Shown here: positions 31,801 through 43,628 of the stretch, in pieces
Numbering within the stretch: position 1 is the stretch's first letter
How the letters are laid out: each line of letters starts with the position of its first letter
Assembly: GCA_001643675.2 (NCBI GenBank)
Contig: LSRY02000002.1
Location: 372,001-436,000, forward strand
Reading direction: 5' to 3'
Source: Monocercomonoides exilis PA203
Lineage: Eukaryota > Protista > Preaxostyla
DNA length: 64,000 bases
Translations under genes and position numbers: made by a program
Notes under the pieces: generated by a model
Told to the model about the DNA's origin: nothing
Seen by the model: only the letters and a program-made list of their open reading frames with translations
Database searches by the model: none

Positions 31801-33178
31801 TTCATCTACGCTTTTATCTTTGTCTCGGAATTGCTCTGATCCTTCCCATGACTTGCTCAATTTGTGTGCATCTTCAAGAATGTCACAAAATTATCTTCCA
31901 TCTTTTTCTCCTTATAATTCAAGTTTTCAAGTCCCTTTCCATATATCAGAAAAACTTTCCTCAGCAAATGCCTCTTGCCGCTGCACAATATGTGCTTTCT
32001 TAAAACTGAAAGTGCATCTTGATCTCCTCGTAGCATCTGGTCTGCTTCTTGTGCAGCATCCGCATTCTCTCTTGCCACTTGCCTCGTCTCCTTCAATCCG
32101 ATTTCCTAACTCTCCATTTGTGTCCTTCCCTTCCACACTTTTCATCCCGAGCTACACAAATCCACACACCTGTTCTCCTTCCTTCAAAATCAACGCGTCT
32201 CTCTCGCAGCCTCGTTCGGCTCAGGCGCTGTCTTCTCTGTTGCAACCAGCAAAGTTTTCGTCCTCTGCTGGCTGTGTGTCTCAAATGTCATTCAGCAGAT
32301 TGTCATTCCTCGCTTCAAGTGTGCTCCTTCAAAGCAGATGGAGTTCTGCTCCTCTGTGGAACAACTGCATAAGCATCCCTGCCATCTTACGACCATCTTT
32401 TGACGGAGTCAGCTTGCCAACATCATCTTCATCTTCATCTTCATCTTTGGCTACTTCTTCTTCTACCACTGCCACTTCTGCGCAATCCACTTCGAACATT
32501 TCAAACACATCTCCTTCATTTCATTCACATCTTTTTGATTTTCTGCCTAATTCTCCCTCAAAATATCTCTTCTCACAAACACAATCTCTTATTTCTAGTT
32601 TGCTTTATGCTGCTCCGTCTCTTCCACTTCCCGTTCTGTGCAAATCACTTCCTCATCTTTCGTTCGCCTTTGTTATTGATGTCCTTACGTCAATGGAGCA
32701 AGTCGGAGCTATAGGAGATTCTATTATCTTATCAGTCAAACACAATGAAGAAACAGTATTATCAAGCAAATATTGTGCAGATGATCCAAATGAAGAGAAA
32801 GCAAAGCAATCAACACAACAAATGGAAACTGCTTCTAACAGCACATTTTTAGAGAACATAAGTCAATCAAAGCTCTTTCAGCAAGCTGTTGAATCTTATC
32901 CGATTATCAACGGGACGTATTTATCTCTGCATGATTTAGTATCTTCGCTTCCATTCTTTGATTTTGCAGAGACTTTCGAATCGACAAAAGTGGAAAATCA
33001 TTTTGTTCAAAAGGGAATGGAAGAAGAGGAAGAGGAAGAGGAAGACAAAGAACTATCGCATTATCACGCCGAGCATGCAAAAGCAGATAAAAGTGACTTT
33101 TCTTCAGTTCAGTGGAGAAATCTTGCTCTTTCGCACAATATCTCTCCATCCATATCATCCCTCTTTTTAATCAGATGA
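22891..33178 (+). CDS. GTF3C1: TFIIIC B-block-binding subunit homolog (tau138/Tfc3/Sfc3-like), ~3,350 aa, spliced; true start uncertain (probably 22732-22850)
   Basis: Exons 22891-23051, 23115-23211, 23273-23372, 23458-33178 with GTTTG..AG introns keep frame. They give an extended winged-helix-like segment RMDVIERYLSVHKVLD...IDHRTLNRIFSMMEEKGII, then NGFIVPKMERARLLHQWL, LFDALPLSLFCQVIGV, LLQTLAELGL and EFWADLQQV, in the order I recall for GTF3C1/Sfc3 conserved blocks. Confidence 0.75.
25281..25330 (+). repeat. (TCT)n coding microsatellite encoding poly-Ser
   Basis: About 16 perfect TCT units inside the GTF3C1-like ORF. Confidence 0.9.
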
Positions 33179-33571
33179 ATTAAATTGAAATTTTTTCACT
33201 TTTCAAAATTCAAGTTAATAACTCATTTTTTGAATAAAAGAGTTTTCTGTTCAAATCAAGTTATGTTCATGCCCTTTTACATTGTATTTTAAATTCGTAA
33301 CGATTTGTATTAGTGTGATCTTTGTTTCAGAATTATATGATCCACAATTTCCGTAAGATACTCAATCAAATTTGCATCAAACTTTTAATAAACTATCGTT
33401 TCTGTTAGCATAGTTTATTTTTTTTTAAAAAAAAGTGAACAACGTTTATAATTTTGAGCATGTCTTTACGAATAAATTAAAACAATTTGTAATCAGCAAA
33501 GTTTTTAAAAATAAAACAAATACAAAAAAAAAAACTTTTACCCGATAGTTCCCAGCCTCTCTTCAATTGTC

Positions 33572-35919
33572 TCAAAACACTTGAAGACGATCAAAGCACC
33601 ACGGAAAACGCAATTCTCTTGGCACCATCAAAAAATGCCACTTCCAGTTTGTCTGAATTGTTGCTTTAATTTCCCTTTGTTTTCTCCTCCTGTTGCTGTC
33701 AATCCTCTTTCCAACATTTGTTTCAGCATCATTGACACTTTCAAAGTCCGATGCAGATTTAAACAGAATGCACAGTTGTTCAATAAGCACATTAATTGTA
33801 TACCTCCTCTTGACCTGCACGGTCAAAGGAAGTTCAAATGTAGCACTCGACGGGAGCGGGTCAAGAGGCACAAATGGAAGGTTCATGGCTGATGGAAGCT
33901 GCGAGCCTTTCTTTTTGATAGAAGGCATAAAATGGCGCTTTGCAGGAAGAGTAATAGTGCGATCTTCAAAGGTGCTTGGCAGTGTTGCGATCTCATCGGA
34001 ACACAGCAGAATGTTCTGATACGGCGAGTCGTACCAAACTTGTTGGGTTATAACTGATTCCAAGCAATTGTCGCTGTCTTTTCCTGATGGATCAGAATCA
34101 AACAAAGAAGTAAAAACATTGAAAGAAGCATCGTTATCCATGCTATTTTTTGAGGATTGATCGAAATTTTCAGTTTTTTGTATTAATTTTCGATTACCTG
34201 TAAATTGGCGTAAGTTTTGACCATCTCTTGCTTCAAAAGTCTCAGTATTGCTCAAAGCTGGACATTCTGCAATCGAAGACAGCTTTCTAATATCAAAATT
34301 TCTGAGGCTTCTGTCTTCGGAAGAAGAAGACAAAAGTGACCTTTGTGAATGCTCCAATTCTGACTGAGCGGGAATGATGTCAGCAACTTTGGAAATAAAT
34401 GTCGAAGTAGAAATCTGAAAAGAGGGTGATGAGGAATTAAGATCCAGTGGCTGTATTGATGCTGGATCTTCTAGTTGAATGCTTGGTTTTCCATGAATTT
34501 CTTCATCGAATTCTTGTGAAAGCAACTGGTGATAAGGTTCAATAAACTTTTCTGTTTCTTCAAAAGGAACTTTTCCACTTTCGTTTTGTGCAATCTGTTC
34601 GCACTTCTCCCTTTCCCTTCTTTTTTCGTGCTTCAATTGCTCTTTTTCAGTGTTGTTGAGATAAACACTGATGTCTGTCATTTCTAATCGTTTTGTCTTC
34701 TTCTCCATCTTCTTCTCTTTCTTTTCCATCTTCAGTTTCATCTCCAACACTTCAGTCGCTGATAGTTTTCCTTCCTCTAAATCTTTCAAATAGCTTTTGA
34801 TCTCCTCCAATGTCATTTCCTGTGTCTCGCCTTCTGTCAGCTCCATGTCAAGATTCGTCTCTTTCTCTTTGATTTTTTCTTCTGCTAAGTCCCACATTTG
34901 CTGCTCAGACTCATCTGTGATCCATTCTTTTCTCACCCATTTCCCAAAGATTTTCTGATATTTCTTTGCATCCTGAATTTCTTCAGCAATCTTTTGCCTT
35001 TTCATTTTCATGTATTTCTCACCGATACCATTAACTTCTTGCAACTCAATGTCATTATTTCTCCACTTCTGAAGCATCATAGCTTTTTTATATTGTGCAA
35101 ATTCAGAAACCTTTTTTTCACCGTTGTTAAAGTCCATGTCATGCACTTGTTCCTTTTTCTTGCTTGTTAACTGAAAATTTGTGGTTGATGAAAGTGCATC
35201 ATCAATGCCATATTCTTTCTGTGATGAATTCATCTTGTCAATCAGCGTCATGAACGCTTCTGATGTTGATATTCCGCGTTCTAATGGAAGCAAATGATCT
35301 GAAACTTCTTTGATATAGTCTCGCGAATGAATCATCTTTGTTACCTCTTTTTCTTCACTTTCTATTTTTGGATGAATAATTCTACTTTCGCTTTGTTCAT
35401 TTGTTTCTGGTAGTGTTAATGGATATTGTACTGGCAAAGATGAATAGAATGAAAAAATAGAAAGGTTTTGTGGAACAGTTGCAGTATTAACAGGTTCTTT
35501 GTGAGTGTCTTTAAATGAAAAATGAGCGCTTGAAATAAACGAGGAATCTGGAATAGAAGAATGAAATTTTTCGTTCACAAAATAGGATTTGCTTATTGTG
35601 CTTGAAGAAGAAGATTCAAAGTACGTATGGCAATTTTGTGTAGCGTTTTGCATCATCAAATTTGCTGAAGAACATTCATCGATTTTGTGCTCAAAATCTG
35701 TATGCGATTTCTGAAAATGTATCTCATCATCTAAAGTCAAAATATCATTTTCAGAATTTTTCGAACTTCTAACATGTATTGCTTGAGAAAGCTAAAATAA
35801 GACAACGCAAAAATTTTAAAAATCACAAAATTAAAAGTGTTCAACGAGCGACATTTAAAAGTTTATAATAATTTTGACAAGCATTTATTTCAAACCGTTT
35901 TAGCAATGTTGTAGCTCAT
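33572..35919 (-). CDS. Hypothetical protein (~747 aa), coiled-coil middle, 2 exons
   Basis: Exon 35896-35919 (MSYNIAKT), intron 35792-35895 (GTTTG..TAG), then in-frame exon 33572-35791 containing the 722-aa ORF. No family recognised. Confidence 0.75.
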
Positions 35920-36016
35920 TTTCCATGGCTAAAAAAAGAATAAATATTTTAGAATTATGGAAAATCCCCATTTTTAAATTTCAATCAGAATTTTTGTGGT
36001 TTAACTTTGTTAAATT

Positions 36017-36912
36017 ATGACAACAGACAACTCAACTGTCGAGCATCCAGATGAAAAGCCAACATTAGGTTTGCTATTTTTCTCTTTAAAGGTGATCATT
36101 ATGATTATTCTGGCATATTGCAGAGAAAGTGTTCCACAATTCTGATCTCGTACGGAGTTCGCCCCCGAATCCAAGAGGAATAATGCCAGCACCTTTTATA
36201 AACGATGTTGATAAATTTATGGAAACGTGTCAATTTGAAGTTGCATTCAGACTTTTGAACGAACTTTATCAGTATGTTTTTGAGTTTTATCTCTTTGTAA
36301 TTGTTTTGTTACATTCATTGAATGCTTGTTTTTCAATATAACGTTATTCGATACAGAAAGTACAAATATATGGAGAGAAGTCTTGCAATCAAAAAAGCAG
36401 CTCTTGAGAAAAAAATACCTGAAATTCAGAAATCACTAACTGCACTTGATCATCTCATCGAAAAGAAAGACCAGGAAGAACCTCATGTTGTGGATTTCCT
36501 TCTTCACGAAAATGTTTACGCTCAAGCAACTCTTAAAAAATCTTCAGCAGTCGGACTGTGGCTTGGCGTATGAATATTTTTTATTTTTAGTGAACTTTCA
36601 AATTACAAAAATTTATTCAAATCTAGGCAAATGTAATGGTTGAGTATTCTCATGAAGACGCAAAAGAACTTCTAACGAAGAACTTGAATAACGCAAAAAT
36701 CACTCTTAACTCTATTAATGAAGATTTCACTTTTCTGAAGGAACAACTTACTATTTGCGAAGTCGGTTTGACATTTGATGCATTTTTTGTGAAGCAAAGA
36801 AAATATTTTTTATTTAATCATTTTTGCAATTTTTTCAGGCATTGCACGTATATTCAATTATGATGTCAAGAAAAGAAGAGAAGCGAAACTTGCACAAAAA
36901 GCATCTTCTTAA
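36017..36912 (+). CDS. PFDN3: Prefoldin subunit 3 (VBP1)
   Basis: Exons 36017-36068, 36124-36271, 36357-36567, 36627-36765, 36839-36912 join in frame. Motifs NPRGIMPAPFI, KYKYME, KIPEIQKSL, VGLWLGANVMVEY, IARIFNYDVKKRR. Confidence 0.95.
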
Positions 36913-37253
36913 GCTCTCTATTTTTTCGGTTATACGAAAGTCTCAACAACTCCTTCATAATCACATTCATATCGATTGATATTTTATCATCAAATCTTTC
37001 TTCTCATTTTCATCTCATTGAACTCTTAAAACTGAATTCTTCTGAAAGATTTAGCATAAAGAATATTTTCTTTGACATTTTCGAAATTCAGTTCAGTTAA
37101 TTTGCGTGGGTGTTGTATTTTTAATATGTATTTTCAAACTCAATTATTACGAATCATTTTTAAAACATTGTAAAAATAAAAACGAAACCTCCCAAAAGAT
37201 TTATATTTAATTTTTAAATATGCCGGTATTTATTGATATGCATGTAAATCCAT

Positions 37254-37724
37254 ATGGAAGCTCAAATGCAAGTTTCTACATGGAAGTTGCAAGAAGTTAT
37301 TCGAAATTACGTCATCGAAAAGTCTCTTCTTCAGTATATCGAAAAACAGTTACGAAAAAGGAAAAATTATCTTTCACGGGGCGGAGTTGCTACTATACAA
37401 ATTGATTGCAATATCTTTGATCTAATTTATTATGATGTTTCAATGATAAATGTTTTTACGGGTAAATATAAATTTGCTGAAAATCTCTGGAGAAAAGTGA
37501 TATTTTCCCTTTTGGGCGAAAAGTTTCATCTCTGGTCCGAGGATCAGTTGAAGATAAAACTTTTTTTGGATTCTGTATTGTCGCCTCTTTGCTCGGATAT
37601 AACTGTTCATTATCCAAATGGATGCAATATTTCACTCTGTGGCTTTGTGATGTCTCTTTCAACTCCGTTTGTGGAAATGTATGTACTTGTCATTTTTTTC
37701 GTGAAGAATCCGTTTTGGTCATTT

Positions 37725-37758
<34 letters not shown>

Positions 37759-40700
37759 AGAGATTCAATGACTTTTGAGTGTCAAACTGAAGGTTGTTCA
37801 ACAAGACAAATTATTCGTGATCTGCATAATTTTTCTTCAGGAAAGGTTCATTGCCCATTTTGTTGGAAATGTCATATGGAAATGAAAGAAAACAAAAAGC
37901 TTCGTCTTTTAAAGCTTACGCAATGTGGAATATTGATAGTTGAACCTTCAAACTCTTCTGATGAAATCAGGCGTCATTCATTTGGTTCTGTTATGAATAA
38001 AATATTCTTTATTATTGAAGATGAGGTTGTAGGTGCATTGCATTGTGGAGATCGTGTTAGCATTGTTGGAGTCTGGGAGAAAAAAGTTCAAATGGAAATT
38101 CGAGGCATTGAAAAAGAAGGACTGATTTTGAATGGAACTTATATGAATGCTCCAATAAGATGGGATATGTCCGTTAGGGTGCTTACTGTTAAAAGAATTC
38201 CTCCGTTATGTGTTTCATTAGATGACTACCTTCCTGAAAGTCTTATTACGCCTCCTAAGCCCTCCATATTCCACAGTAAATATTCTTTTCAGCCGAAAAT
38301 GGAAGCTGAATGCTGTCAAAGCTCATCGGATTATTATAACGATGAACCTTCAACTTCTGCATTATTTGGAGACTCGTCAGAAGAGGAAATTTGCAATAGC
38401 GTGATCGGAATTGTTGCACGTTTATCAACTCTTTCATCATATTTAGGAATGAACTCATTTTCAAAAAGAGGACTTTTTAATAACTTACAAATGGGAATGT
38501 TATTGAGTTTGGTAAATACAGCTTCTCAGGCACAATATTATGGTCTAAGCGAATCCGAAACAATGAATCGTGCAAATCAATTAAAAACTCCTGAGTTTAC
38601 TGATGATTGTCCTTTTTTCCTTGGTAAGAAAAATCAGAGCGAGAATGATTTTTTTCAAAAATATGATAAGTGTAAAATTCCTTCTTCGTTGTCTCCACTT
38701 CATCAAATTAATATTCTCGTAATTGGGGATAGTGGCGGAGTTATCAGACAGATGATGAAGAGAGTATCTTCGTGGATAAGTCGATGGGCTTGTTACAACA
38801 ACCCTCTTCATAGTTCTCTTCAAAATGCTGTAGGAGAAAAGCCTTTGAGTCTCTCTGCATCATTCAATAGAGGCTCAGATGCTAGTATTGAATGGACAAA
38901 TGCAGGCTGTTTGGCGCTCGCAAGAGGTGGTGTCTGCTTTATTCCACATGGAAACCTGTTGAAAAAGAAGGATGTTGAAGTTCTGTATGGAGTAATGAGG
39001 GGAACATACCAAATAAATCAGCAAAGTGCGCAAGAACTTTACATGTTGCCAACACTTATTGAAGATGAAAATGAAGAAGAAGAGATTTCAAGTGAAAAAA
39101 TGGAAAAAGATGAATCGTCAAAAGAAACAAATGAAGAATTTCCAGCAGCAAATTCTTCTTCAAAAGATGAAACTAATCATCCGACTATTTCATCACAACA
39201 CTTGCATCATATATCTCTCCTTCGAGAATCATCGAATCAAAGTTGTGCCGTTTGGATGATTATTGAAAGAGATCGACGAAAAGGAAAGGGAGAAACAGGA
39301 AAAGATCGATCCAATTCAAGAGGGACATCAGAAGATGATGTCATAAATAACCAGTTGTCACTTGGAGCCAACTGGACCAAGTTGCCAGATTGGTTTTTAG
39401 ATCACTTTGATTTGGTTTTTAACTATCCTGATGTTCAGAGCACAGGAACGGCTGCTGTTGGAGAAGAAATGAGACAGGAAATAGCTGACGCTATTCTGAC
39501 CGGAGATGAAGAGTGTTCCGATAATGAGAGTTTTAAAAACAGCAATCAGGATATTACTGAAGGAAAAGTTATGGCTTTTCTATCGCACATTTGTTCTACT
39601 CCTCCTCATTTCAATGAAAACAAAGAAAATAAGCAACAGAATTCAATGTTTATAACCAAAGAACATTTACAAAAAGATACTGAAACATCACCTTCTGAAA
39701 AAAAGCATTCAAATATTGCTGATGTGAAATCCCAAATGTTATCTGGTCTTCCGCCTCCTACAATTCCTCTGTCACGCTTTGCTTCTCTATTTCTCCTATG
39801 TTATTTTCATGGTCGAAGACTAAATTCAAATGCACCCATTTTTTGGTTCAATCGTCTTTCGAGTTCATCAGCAAATAACTCAGGATTGTCTAATTATGAA
39901 ACGGGCAGCGCAGTTTGGAAAGAAAAATCTAGGCTTTCACAGAGTGAGTTAGTTGGAAGTGATGAAAATGAAGAGCAATTTGATAAAGAAGATTCAGACG
40001 ATGATGATGTTGTTGAACTTGATGGAGGAGCGAAAAGAGTTGGGCCTCGAACTCTGCAGACGCTGCTGAGTTTGTCAACAACAATTGCAAGGCTGATGGG
40101 AGAGTGGGAAGTGTCAACAGCACATGTGATTGTTGCATGCATCTTGTTTGAAGAATGCTCAATTGCAAAAAGAAGTGGAAAAGGTGGCCCACGTGGAGTT
40201 TTCCCTTCCATTCATCGAACTAAAAAGATTGGATCGAAAAAAGGGAAAACAAATTCCGTTCAAAATATAAAAATGGAAGGCGACGAACAAAATAGTTATC
40301 AAAAGATAGAAAACGAGGATATGAATGATGAAAAAGACGATGAATGGAAGGATGCCCTGACGGAATACACGTTATTTTTGTGTCGTGTCTGTAGTCAATT
40401 TGTAGATGATATCAATGGAACTCGAAAGAGAACTTCAAGTGGAAGAAAGAGCAAATCGTTGAGCAGATTTCAAACTCCAACAATAAAGCGCGCAGCATCT
40501 GCAGTATTATCTTCTGCGTTTTCATCACCAAGTTTATCGAATATGTCTCAAACAGCAAGCATTTTTACACCAGAGCCAATGCGCCAACCATCTCGCTCGC
40601 AATGGCTGATGACTCCAGCAACAACGCCTATTTCTTTCGATATTTCTTCTCCTTCCCCTCAACTTTTTAGACAATCCGCAAGTTCTCTCAAGTCTCCTTT

Positions 40701-41409
40701 TGATTTGGATGCCGAAAATGAGCGTCCCATTGAGTTTAATGGAATCAAGCCACAATGGAATGACAGAGAAGATTTAGCACTTACTCCACATAAATCGCGC
40801 TTTTCATCTCCAATGCCTCCGCCTGCTCCTCCATCTTCCCCTTTTTTACACGCGCATTCATTTCAACTTCTTCCACCAAAACTTGTTTCAACAGCTCAAA
40901 CTGCAGCATCATCACAAAAAACAAAGGCTCCAAATTCTGGTACTGTCTCAGAAACTTCTTTGAGGCATCTGTTCAAAGTTGCTGGAGACTTATCGTTTGA
41001 AGCAGAAGATTTATTTCAGTGTGATATTCCGATCAAAAGACGAACAAATGCAAGCGCTCCTATTGGATATAATTCAATAGAGCATTGTGAAAGAGCAGCT
41101 TCTCCCTCAATATCGCAAATTCAAGAAAGAAGAGAAGTGAAAGCTAATAGACAAGATCTGCATGCAGCAAAGGAAATTGAGAAACATAATCTGCATTGGG
41201 ACGATGATTTATTTGAACAAGAAAGTCAGACTACATCTTCACTTACAACTGAAGATAAGCAAAATGATCCCAATGATTATATTGATGGAATCTCTTGTCA
41301 AATTGATCCAAATTACTCTATGAAAAATAAAGATTTCAAAAAAATAGTACCTTCAATTTTTTCTTCTCCAATTTTACAGTCATTTCATGATTCGTTATTT
41401 GAGCCTTAG
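37254..41409 (+). CDS. MCMDC2: MCM-family paralog with degenerate ATPase motifs (MCMDC2-like), 2 exons
   Basis: Intron 37679-37760 (GTATG..AAG) joins the 174-aa and 1213-aa ORFs in frame. Zn finger C.TEGC...CPFC, OB-fold LHCGDRVSIVGV, INILVIGDSGG, AGCLALARGGVCFI, DHFDLVF and lid PRTLQTLLSLSTTIARL..VSTAHVIVACILFEE. Confidence 0.75.
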
Positions 41410-41607
41410 TTATTTAAATTGTTATAAAAATATAAGGTAAATATTCCTAATTGGAATTTCAACCATATTTAAGGCTGTTTGTTTTTGAATTTTTTTTATT
41501 TATTTGATGCTGCGGTGAGAGTCGCAAAATCTGTCAAAAATTAGAAAAAGACAAAAGAAGGAAAATGTGTGATATGTTTCCAATTATGCCTTTCTCCAAG
41601 AATTCCT

Positions 41608-42662
41608 TTAGTTGCTCTTCTTCAACCTGATAGCTCTATCCTCCATCTTCGAGATACGGATACCCTTGTTCTTTGGAATAGAGATCCATGGCATAGCTCC
41701 CTTTCCAATCACAAACACGTAGTTTTGACGTGTGGCAAATGAATTTCCTCCCAGATCTTTGATGTGAACAATCTCGTGCGATCCAGGATGCTTCTCTTTT
41801 GTGGTAATCATACCAATACGACCAGCGTTACGACCACCAGTTGCCATGCAAATGTTTCCGACCTCAAACTTGATCCAATCTGAAATCTTCTTTGTCTTCA
41901 AGTTGATACGAACGGTGTCATTAACCTTAATCTTTGGATCTGGGAAGCGGAAAGTGCGTCCGTCATGGGTAACGCAGTATGGAATGCTTCTGAATCCAAG
42001 GGCAACGCGTTGGACTTTTCCGAGCTTATACTATATTAATTTGATTTGTTATTAAAAGAATGAATTCTTGAAAATATTTTGGAAAAAAAAATAAAGTGTC
42101 AAACAGTTGCTTCCTCTGGGCGAATTCTGTGGAGGAGGAATCTTCCTTTCACATCGTACAAAAGACGGAAATGCTCGTTGGTTTTTGGAATTGAAATAAC
42201 ATCTTTTCAATTTTTCATTTGAAAAAATTAAATATTTTCCCAAAAAGTTCGTTTAAAAAATTGAATGCTAAAAATAATTCGTTAATAATTGATTTTCATA
42301 CCTTGAAATCCAAGTGGATATGTTGGATCTGTGCGAACAACACCATCAACCAAAACGTTTCTGTGATGCATAACCATTCCAGCTTCTCTTCCAGTAAGTG
42401 CATAGTGAAGACGATTTCTAAGAACAATGATTGCTGGGATGCATTCTCTAGATTTATGAGGTCCTGGAGAAGGTTTTGGAGCCTGAATAAACAAATTTAC
42501 GGTAAAATATATCAATGAATTATTAAAAAATGAAAATGCGAAATGAAAAAAATGTTATGAAAGAAAACACTGTGTGCAAACCCATGTTCCTCCAAGTTTG
42601 TTAAGCATCCAATGACGTGGTGCTGCTAAACGTTTCAAGTGCTTCTTTGGTCCTCTCACCAT
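41608..42662 (-). CDS. RPS4: 40S ribosomal protein S4 (eS4)
   Basis: Exons 42582-42662, 42302-42482, 42105-42202, 41608-42030. [54 protein letters not shown]. Confidence 0.98.
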
Positions 42663-42787
42663 TTTTGATCTTTTAGATCTGACAGAATCAATAATTAAAA
42701 AATTTGTGATCAAAAATGGAATAATATTTTTAAGTGAAGTTAATTTTAAGTGTATCTTGTTTAATAGAAAATACTTAACAATGAGCC
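42663..42787. promoter_or_regulatory. Putative bidirectional promoter (RPS4 / small hypothetical gene)
   Basis: 125 nt between divergent predicted start codons. Confidence 0.45.
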
Positions 42788-43551
42788 ATGCTGTTTCTGC
42801 AAGAGTTTGCTTATGATTTAAATTTTTTTGAGCGTAATTGATTAATAAAGTTTGGTAAAGCAAAATTAAGTCATTCTCATGCTCCGCCACCTGTGAGAGT
42901 TGTTGTTCATGAAATATATCTTGGTCCAGGTTAAAAGCATTATATTATTTGTTTTACAAATGATTTTCGTTATTTGTTTTTTCTTCTTTAAAGTTCATTG
43001 TGGAATCATGGAAATGAAACCTGGTATTGTTAGGCAAGCAACATCGTCTTCTGAGCCATACGAACATCCGTTTATTGATTTAAAACTTGTACATATACCG
43101 ACTCAACGAAAAATTTTAGCAATACTGGATTTATCAACAGATTCATTCGATTTTCAGCATCGACTACTTTCTGAGGGATTTGATTTGGCTGCTCCGTCAC
43201 CTGAAATTGAAAAAAAACCAATTGGAAGGTGTTGGAGGCTTATTTCACACTCAAAAGAATTACTTGGAGCACTTTGGGACACTCCTGGAAGATTGGGAAG
43301 TTTAACATCTGGGTTATCTGTTTCAACACTTCATCCTCAGGTATTCGTTTAATTTGCGTATTTTTATTTGCTTAAATCTTGAACAATTTATTTGAAAGGC
43401 AATGATGACATTGTATTTTTCTGCTGATGATCCTCTTTTCCAGGCACTTGTTAGACTTTATGAAAGCAAAACAAAGACTCTTGCAGATCTCAGAAGAGGA
43501 ATCGAAAATCTCGGGATTGATTTATCCCCAACACTTTACTCTTTATTTTAG
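42788..43551 (+). CDS. Small hypothetical protein (~190 aa), 4 exons
   Basis: Exons 42788-42804, 42871-42929, 42994-43340, 43399-43551 join in frame through GT..AG introns ([29 protein letters not shown]...LSPTLYSLF*). The first two exons are less certain. Confidence 0.65.
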
Positions 43552-43628
43552 TTCAATGTTTTATATTTATGTTAAAATTCAAAAATAATAATAATAAAAA
43601 GATCCATAAACCATATATTTTTATTTGA

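Noticed and set aside
37679-37778. Apparent frameshift or pseudogene break at the poly-T between the 174-aa and 1213-aa ORFs
   Set aside because: An 82-nt GT..AG intron containing the poly-T restores the frame.
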